Positions 60,911 to 64,000 of a stretch of 64,000 nt of DNA are shown here, in pieces (the first letter of the stretch is position 1; the number at the start of each line of letters is the position of its first letter). The notes below the pieces were generated by a model, which was given only the letters and a program-made list of their open reading frames with translations, was not told the DNA's origin and did no database searches. The position numbers and the translations under genes were made by a program. Source of the stretch: Gammaproteobacteria bacterium (lineage in GTDB: Bacteria; Pseudomonadota; Gammaproteobacteria; Chromatiales; Chromatiaceae); NCBI GenBank assembly GCA_018812525.1, contig JAHJDE010000093.1, positions 27,288-91,287 of the forward strand, given 5' to 3'.

Positions 60911-61792
60911 GTGAACCGCAAGCTCCTCATCAATCTCCTGTTGCTGCTTCTGGTCTCCGTCATGGGGGTATTCGTCTGGCTGGAACACGGCAGGGAACCC
61001 GAGCGGCTGGACCGGCTGACTGCTCAGTCTCCCGATGAGGCGCAAACCCTTCACATCGAGCACCCCGACGGTAAGCTGATCGCATTCGAAAAACGAGGCG
61101 GCGACTGGCACATGCTCCGCCCCTACGACATGCCGGCCAACCGCATCCGGCTTATCGCCTTGGCAAGGGTTGTGCAGGCCCCCATCATCAGCAGCTTTCC
61201 CCTGCCGAAGGAGGGCCTGGGGCAATTCGGACTCGACAGGCCGATCCGGCTCCAGGTGGATAAGGAGCGCTTCCTCTTCGGCGCCAGCAATCCCGTCAAC
61301 AATCAGCGCTACGTAGAGCATGGTGGGCGCTTGCACCTGATTGTCGACCGCTTTTACCACCACCTTGGCGCCTTGCCGGAGCAGCTCCTAAGCCCCAATC
61401 TCCTACCCGAGGGCATCCGGCTCAAGGAGATCAAGACCACCCAATACCGCCTCTTCAAGACTGACATGGGCTGGGCCATGGAGCCCGCGAATCCCAACCT
61501 CAGCTCGGACGATCTGAATCGGCGAGTGCAGGACTGGCTACGTGCCCAGTCGCTGCAAATCGTCGCCCTGGACAGGATCGAGGCTGGGGAAGAGGTCGTG
61601 CTGAGGCGGGAAGATGACCGGGCCGACCATTTTCTGATTCAGCAGCGGGATGGACAGGTCTGGCTGATCCGATCCGATCTCAAAATCGGTTACCTCCTGC
61701 CCGGCGGCTCCGGTCTGCTGACCCCGCCAGGGAGCGGCAAACCACAGTCTCCGGCAGATTCCAGCCCCTTACCCGAAACGCCTGTCAACTGA
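60911..61792 (+). CDS. DUF4340 domain-containing protein
   Basis: 293 aa with a GTG start and an N-terminal anchor. The usual fourth gene after GldG-type genes. Family assignment is from context and memory, not a search. Confidence 0.65.
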   Translation: MNRKLLINLLLLLLVSVMGVFVWLEHGREPERLDRLTAQSPDEAQTLHIEHPDGKLIAFEKRGGDWHMLRPYDMPANRIRLIALARVVQAPIISSFPLPKEGLGQFGLDRPIRLQVDKERFLFGASNPVNNQRYVEHGGRLHLIVDRFYHHLGALPEQLLSPNLLPEGIRLKEIKTTQYRLFKTDMGWAMEPANPNLSSDDLNRRVQDWLRAQSLQIVALDRIEAGEEVVLRREDDRADHFLIQQRDGQVWLIRSDLKIGYLLPGGSGLLTPPGSGKPQSPADSSPLPETPVN

Positions 61793-62604
61793 TGCCTGAA
61801 CTGCCTGAGGTCGAGACCACCCGGCGCGGTATCGCTCCCCATCTCGTCGGGCGGGTCATAGACCAGGCGGTCATCCGCGATTCACGGCTTCGCTGGCCCA
61901 TACCCACCGATTTGCCCGATCACGTCCAGGGCCGCTGCATCAGGGCGGTGGAGCGCCGTGCCAAATATCTGCTGCTTCGAACCGATGGCGGGACCCTGAT
62001 CATCCACCTGGGCATGTCCGGCAGCCTGCGCATTCTTCCCGCGCAAACCCCGCCTGGCAAACATGACCCTGTGGACATCTGTGTTGGCGGAGATTGCCTG
62101 CGGCTGCGTGACCCGAGGCGATTCGGTGCCCTGCTCTGGACCGAGGGCGATCCCCTGGCCCACCCCCTGCTCAAGGGGTTGGGCCCCGAGCCATTGGACG
62201 ACTCCTTCGACGGAGATTACTTGCACGGCTGTGCCAAGGGGCGCCGCTCGGCCGTCAAGGTGTTTCTGATGGACGGTCGTATCCTGGCGGGTGTCGGCAA
62301 CATCTACGCTAACGAGGCTCTATTCATGGCCGGTATCCACCCGGCGCGCAAGGCAGGCAAGGTTGGCTGGGAGCGCTACCAACGCCTGGCCGCGGCCATC
62401 AAGGAAGTCCTGCTCCGCTCCATCGAACAGGGGGGCACCAGTCTGCGTGACTTCATCCGCGAAGATGGCCGCCCCGGCTATTTTGCGCAAGAACTCAGGG
62501 TCTACGGCCGCACCGACCTGCCTTGTCTCCGATGCGGCGAGCCCATCCGCGAGACCCGCCTTGGGCAGCGCTCCACCTTCCATTGCGCACGCTGTCAACG
62601 CTGA
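61792..62604 (+). CDS. mutM: formamidopyrimidine-DNA glycosylase
   Basis: MPELPEVETTRRGI...; C-terminal zinc finger CLRCG....R.....RST..C.RCQ. Confidence 0.95.
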   Translation: MPELPEVETTRRGIAPHLVGRVIDQAVIRDSRLRWPIPTDLPDHVQGRCIRAVERRAKYLLLRTDGGTLIIHLGMSGSLRILPAQTPPGKHDPVDICVGGDCLRLRDPRRFGALLWTEGDPLAHPLLKGLGPEPLDDSFDGDYLHGCAKGRRSAVKVFLMDGRILAGVGNIYANEALFMAGIHPARKAGKVGWERYQRLAAAIKEVLLRSIEQGGTSLRDFIREDGRPGYFAQELRVYGRTDLPCLRCGEPIRETRLGQRSTFHCARCQR

Positions 62605-62636
62605 ATCGACCCCTCGGCCTGATGTCCAGTGCCCAG

Positions 62637-63668
62637 TCACGCAGAGGGTAAGCCACGGGCGCAAAGCCTGAACAGGAGACGCAGGGTGCGATCCTGGTGC
62701 GTGAAGAGGTTCGTCACGGCAATGGTGGCGTAGAGGCTGGACCTTGGCACCTTGACGTCCCTGCCGCTGGCATAGTGGGGGTTGCTGTGAATGCGTCGCA
62801 GGGTCAGCACTGCAAGGCCGATGGCCCATAGGCAGAATCTACGGATGCCGGTTTCCTGCCCCGGAATCAGCAGGCTGTAATTCAGGGCATTGCGCAAATG
62901 GCCGTGCCCAATGGCGATGAGCTTCCTCAGCCCCGAATTGAAGAGGTCGCGGTTCTCCACCGGGTCTAGCGCGACGAGATCGTACCCAACTTTCCGGAAA
63001 AGGTCCTGAGGAAGCCAGCAACTCCCCCCGGCACGGTCCTCCCAGATATCCTTCAGGATATTCGTCATCTGAAGCCCTTGACCGAATGAAACCGCAAGGG
63101 GCTCCAGCTCACAGCGGCGCAAGGCAATTTCCGGCGAATAGTCGCAGAACATGCGGGTCAGCATTTCTCCGACGACGCCAGCAACGTAATAGCAATAGCG
63201 ATCAAGCTCCCCGAGGTTACGCAAACCAAAGGATTTGTCGGATTTTTGAAATTCGGCCATGCCCTGGCACATCTTGGTAACACAAATCCTGATGGCCTCC
63301 GCCTGCACAGCAGTAAACGTCCCGGTTAGGGCGGTGACTTGGTGGGCTGCTGCAACAAGCCCCCTTTCGTCGGAGGGGACTGCCAGGCTGAGGGCGGAAT
63401 GGGCTGCCCGGCTGAAGGTCTTGCCGTCGATTCTCCCCTCCAGGACGGCGATTAGCAGTTCATGTAGGGAGCGCTTCTTCTCGCAGTCGAGGCCGGGATC
63501 ATCCTCGATGGTATCGGCGATGCGGCAAAGCAGGTAGGCGTTGGTGACGGCCAGGTCCAAGGGCGCTGGCAACAGGGGGATGGTCAGGGCAAAGGTGCGG
63601 GATACCTTTGGCAGCCAATGGCGCTGGAAGTCTGAACCCTCATCGATATCGTTAGCGGGATTATTCAT
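62637..63668 (-). CDS. sqs: squalene synthase (farnesyl-diphosphate farnesyltransferase), SQS type
   Basis: SRTFAL.I; RIADTIEDD (DTxED); YCYYVAGVVGEMLTRMF; second motif TNILKDIWED matches the NIIRDYLED motif of eukaryote-type SQS. Start at the internal ATG (63668) is uncertain. Confidence 0.75.
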   Translation of the reverse strand: MNNPANDIDEGSDFQRHWLPKVSRTFALTIPLLPAPLDLAVTNAYLLCRIADTIEDDPGLDCEKKRSLHELLIAVLEGRIDGKTFSRAAHSALSLAVPSDERGLVAAAHQVTALTGTFTAVQAEAIRICVTKMCQGMAEFQKSDKSFGLRNLGELDRYCYYVAGVVGEMLTRMFCDYSPEIALRRCELEPLAVSFGQGLQMTNILKDIWEDRAGGSCWLPQDLFRKVGYDLVALDPVENRDLFNSGLRKLIAIGHGHLRNALNYSLLIPGQETGIRRFCLWAIGLAVLTLRRIHSNPHYASGRDVKVPRSSLYATIAVTNLFTHQDRTLRLLFRLCARGLPSA

Positions 63669-63781
63669 TTGATCCAAGAGATGATCCCATAAATCAGGAA
63701 TTTCTAATTCAGGGGATGATACTGCAAAATCCCCTGTTATCCTGATCCATCGAATGCATGCCAAGGGGCCACTTTCAAGTG

Positions 63782-64000
63782 ATGTTCGCCCGACTGACGA
63801 CCCTAATCCTCGATCATGCCAGGACCGCAGCGGTCTTGTTGGCCACACTGGTGATCCTGGTTGCGGCAGGGGGCCGGCTCCTTGAATTCGACTTCAACGT
63901 GGCGCGGTTCTTTGCCGCAAACGACCCCGCGACAGGCCATCTGCAAGAGCACCTGGCCCGCTGGAATGAGGAGAACCTGCTGGTCCTGGTGGTCGATGGC
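63782..64000 (+). CDS. MMPL/RND family transporter, HpnN-like, N-terminal part (continues past window end)
   Basis: Not in ORF track (no stop). My translation: MFARLTTLILDHARTAAVLLATLVILVAAGGRLLEFDFNVARFFAANDPATGHLQEHLARWNEENLLVLVVDG. An N-terminal TM followed by a periplasmic loop is typical of MMPL exporters. Divergent from squalene synthase. Confidence 0.65.
   Translation, partial: MFARLTTLILDHARTAAVLLATLVILVAAGGRLLEFDFNVARFFAANDPATGHLQEHLARWNEENLLVLVVDG

Noticed and set aside
57913-61363. 278-, 257- and 253-aa minus-strand ORFs
   Set aside because: Antisense to the ABC ATPase, GldG-like and DUF4340 genes, which have clear motifs and operon structure.

Overview
High-coding-density chromosomal window (about 58-60% GC by eye) with gammaproteobacterial gene order. 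No organism name can be assigned from the sequence alone. Most of it is conserved housekeeping synteny:
- moaC; algZ/algR-like two-component pair divergent from argH
- lptM-lysA-dapF-DUF484-xerC; hslVU; ubiE-ubiJ-ubiB
- ctpA-envC; rhodanese(yibN-like)-secB-gpsA with trmL
- cobU-cobT-cobC-cobS
- zapA-ssrS(6S RNA)-5-formyl-THF cyclo-ligase, divergent from ygfB-pepP-ubiH-ubiI
- tatD, rsuA, thiC with a clear TPP riboswitch
- an LPS core block (waaG-like, waaA, hldE, sugar dehydrogenase, O-antigen ligase, msbA)
- a GldG/DUF4340-type ABC cluster, mutM, and an SQS-type squalene synthase divergent from an HpnN-like transporter

Non-core observations:
1. A ~3-kb insertion is bounded by a 101-bp, frame-preserving duplication of the thiC 3' end. 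It carries a low-GC radical SAM/SPASM gene plus two methyltransferases and has no integrase.
2. A 148-152-bp MITE-like element is built from five consecutive perfect hairpins. Two copies are present, each with 4-bp target-site duplications.
3. A second MITE has perfect 21-bp terminal inverted repeats and an 8-bp duplication.
4. Two translationally coupled paralogous P-loop GTPases share an unusual DxPDxDS switch motif.
5. A 488-nt hairpin-rich intergenic region could not be assigned.
6. The waaL-msbA segment is AT-rich.
7. A KamA-family radical SAM gene sits alone.

I saw no CRISPR array, tRNA or rRNA. All calls come from reading the translations and sequence by eye. No database search was run.
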